A DNA stretch of 63,676 nucleotides, the filler included, from Sphacelaria rigidula (lineage: Eukaryota): NCBI GenBank assembly GCA_964200075.2. It is 4 parts of 4 records of this genome, joined end to end, with 100 filler letters (N's around TTAATTAATTAA, not from the genome) between each part and the next. Parts side by side here need not be neighbours in the genome. Positions count along the whole stretch, not along the records: positions 47,839 to 63,676 come from CAXNAA020001574.1; 3 more parts are not named here. One strand, written 5' to 3'. The notes beneath the pieces are model-generated. The model saw only the letters and a list, made by a program, of their open reading frames with translations. It had not been told where the DNA came from and ran no database searches. Positions 62,773 to 63,676 of the stretch are shown piece after piece. The translations under genes were made by a program, and so were the position numbers. Each line of letters starts with the position of its first letter. The stretch's first letter is position 1.

Positions 62773-63199
62773 AAATTTTGCAGGGAGGGATACGTGACAC
62801 TTGAAAAAACCGGGGAAAACGTAACTTTGGGTCATTTAACGCTACGTAAGGTATGCTTTATTAGACGGAACAAATGCAACGTAACATGATGTAACATGTG
62901 GACCTTGAAGCATTGTCTCTTTGTGTTTTCCATATGTAAAAAAGGCTGCTTTTTTTTTTAATTTCGAACGTGAAACGTGACATTCACGAAAACAAGCAGA
63001 GTTTTTCTCACATTTGGAAAGTAAAACGCAATGTTGAGGTTCATGCGAAGGACCACACGTTATTATATCACGTTACGCTACATATGTCCCATCCAAAAAA
63101 TCAAATTTTACGTAGCGTTAAATGACCCAAAGTTACGTGTTTTCGGATGTGTCACGTTAAAACGTCACGCATCATGCACGTATTCCTCCCTGAAATTTT
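62773..63199. repeat. Inverted repeat (MITE/foldback-like)
   Basis: Perfect 31-bp arms at 62819-62849 and 63108-63138, with imperfect outer arms. Confidence 0.8.
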
Positions 63200-63592
63200 G
63201 CATCAACTTCCATTAGATCACGAGGACTACGAAAATACACCTTTTTTCAGTTGGTCATTGTGGTGGTGGTGAATTAGTCACGATTAAGTGGGTAAATCTG
63301 GGCAAAATTCGCTTCCTCCACGAGCCCCCCGAGAACAATTCAAGCCCCTCCGAATCGTACGGAAATTTCAGGGGGATGGCTGCAGTATTGCTGAACGAAT
63401 ATCCGGAGTCAAAAATGAAAACCAAACATTTCTGCGCAACTTATGCCCCTTCAACGTTTATGCAACAAAGTGGGGAAAACCTGGGATGACACTTCGATGA
63501 CAGTGTAATATCCCTTACCCGGGCATACGTCCACATACATGTTGATTCAAGCTCTACAAACTGTGTGCTACGGTATTTTTGGATCGAACAGC

Positions 63593-63676
63593 CAATCATC
63601 TATGTTGAGGATGGTGCTTTTGATTGAGGATGAGAACCCGGAGGATTAAAAGCACCATCCTCAACATAGATGATTG
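63593..63676. repeat. Perfect 29-bp-stem hairpin at the contig end
   Basis: 63593-63621 is the exact reverse complement of 63648-63676. Confidence 0.9.

Overview
Eukaryotic, intron-rich genomic DNA, most likely a brown alga (Phaeophyceae). This is inferred from an LHC antenna gene with a bipartite plastid presequence, kb-scale GT-AG introns and the repeat landscape. The window is not one locus: it is four contigs of 15,847, 15,846, 15,845 and 15,838 bp joined by artificial 100-nt N/TTAATTAATTAA spacers. Contig 1 holds a spliced PARP16-like ADP-ribosyltransferase gene, SINE/LINE relics and microsatellites. Contig 2 holds about 11 exons (~1,900 aa) of an unrecognised disordered protein built from a duplicated four-exon module (RRPSLGGGxPxWAP, DWL, GGW, TQT and PPWAKPW motifs), with a decayed Copia element in one intron. 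Contig 3 is the most interesting: a tandem array of seven intact 72-nt phase-2 LRR exons plus two decayed copies in ~1.03-kb near-identical intron units. Variation is concentrated at predicted ligand-facing residues, the introns are mosaic, and Cys-rich cap and Pro/Ser/Ala stalk exons follow, giving a VLR-like variable-receptor architecture. A tRNA-His dimer next to a probable LTR lies at the end of this contig. Contig 4 holds a complete 4-exon LHC (Lhcr-like) gene, a possible divergent neighbour gene, MITE-like palindromes and a terminal hairpin. All gene models come from reading splice sites and phases by eye, with no database or RNA evidence.
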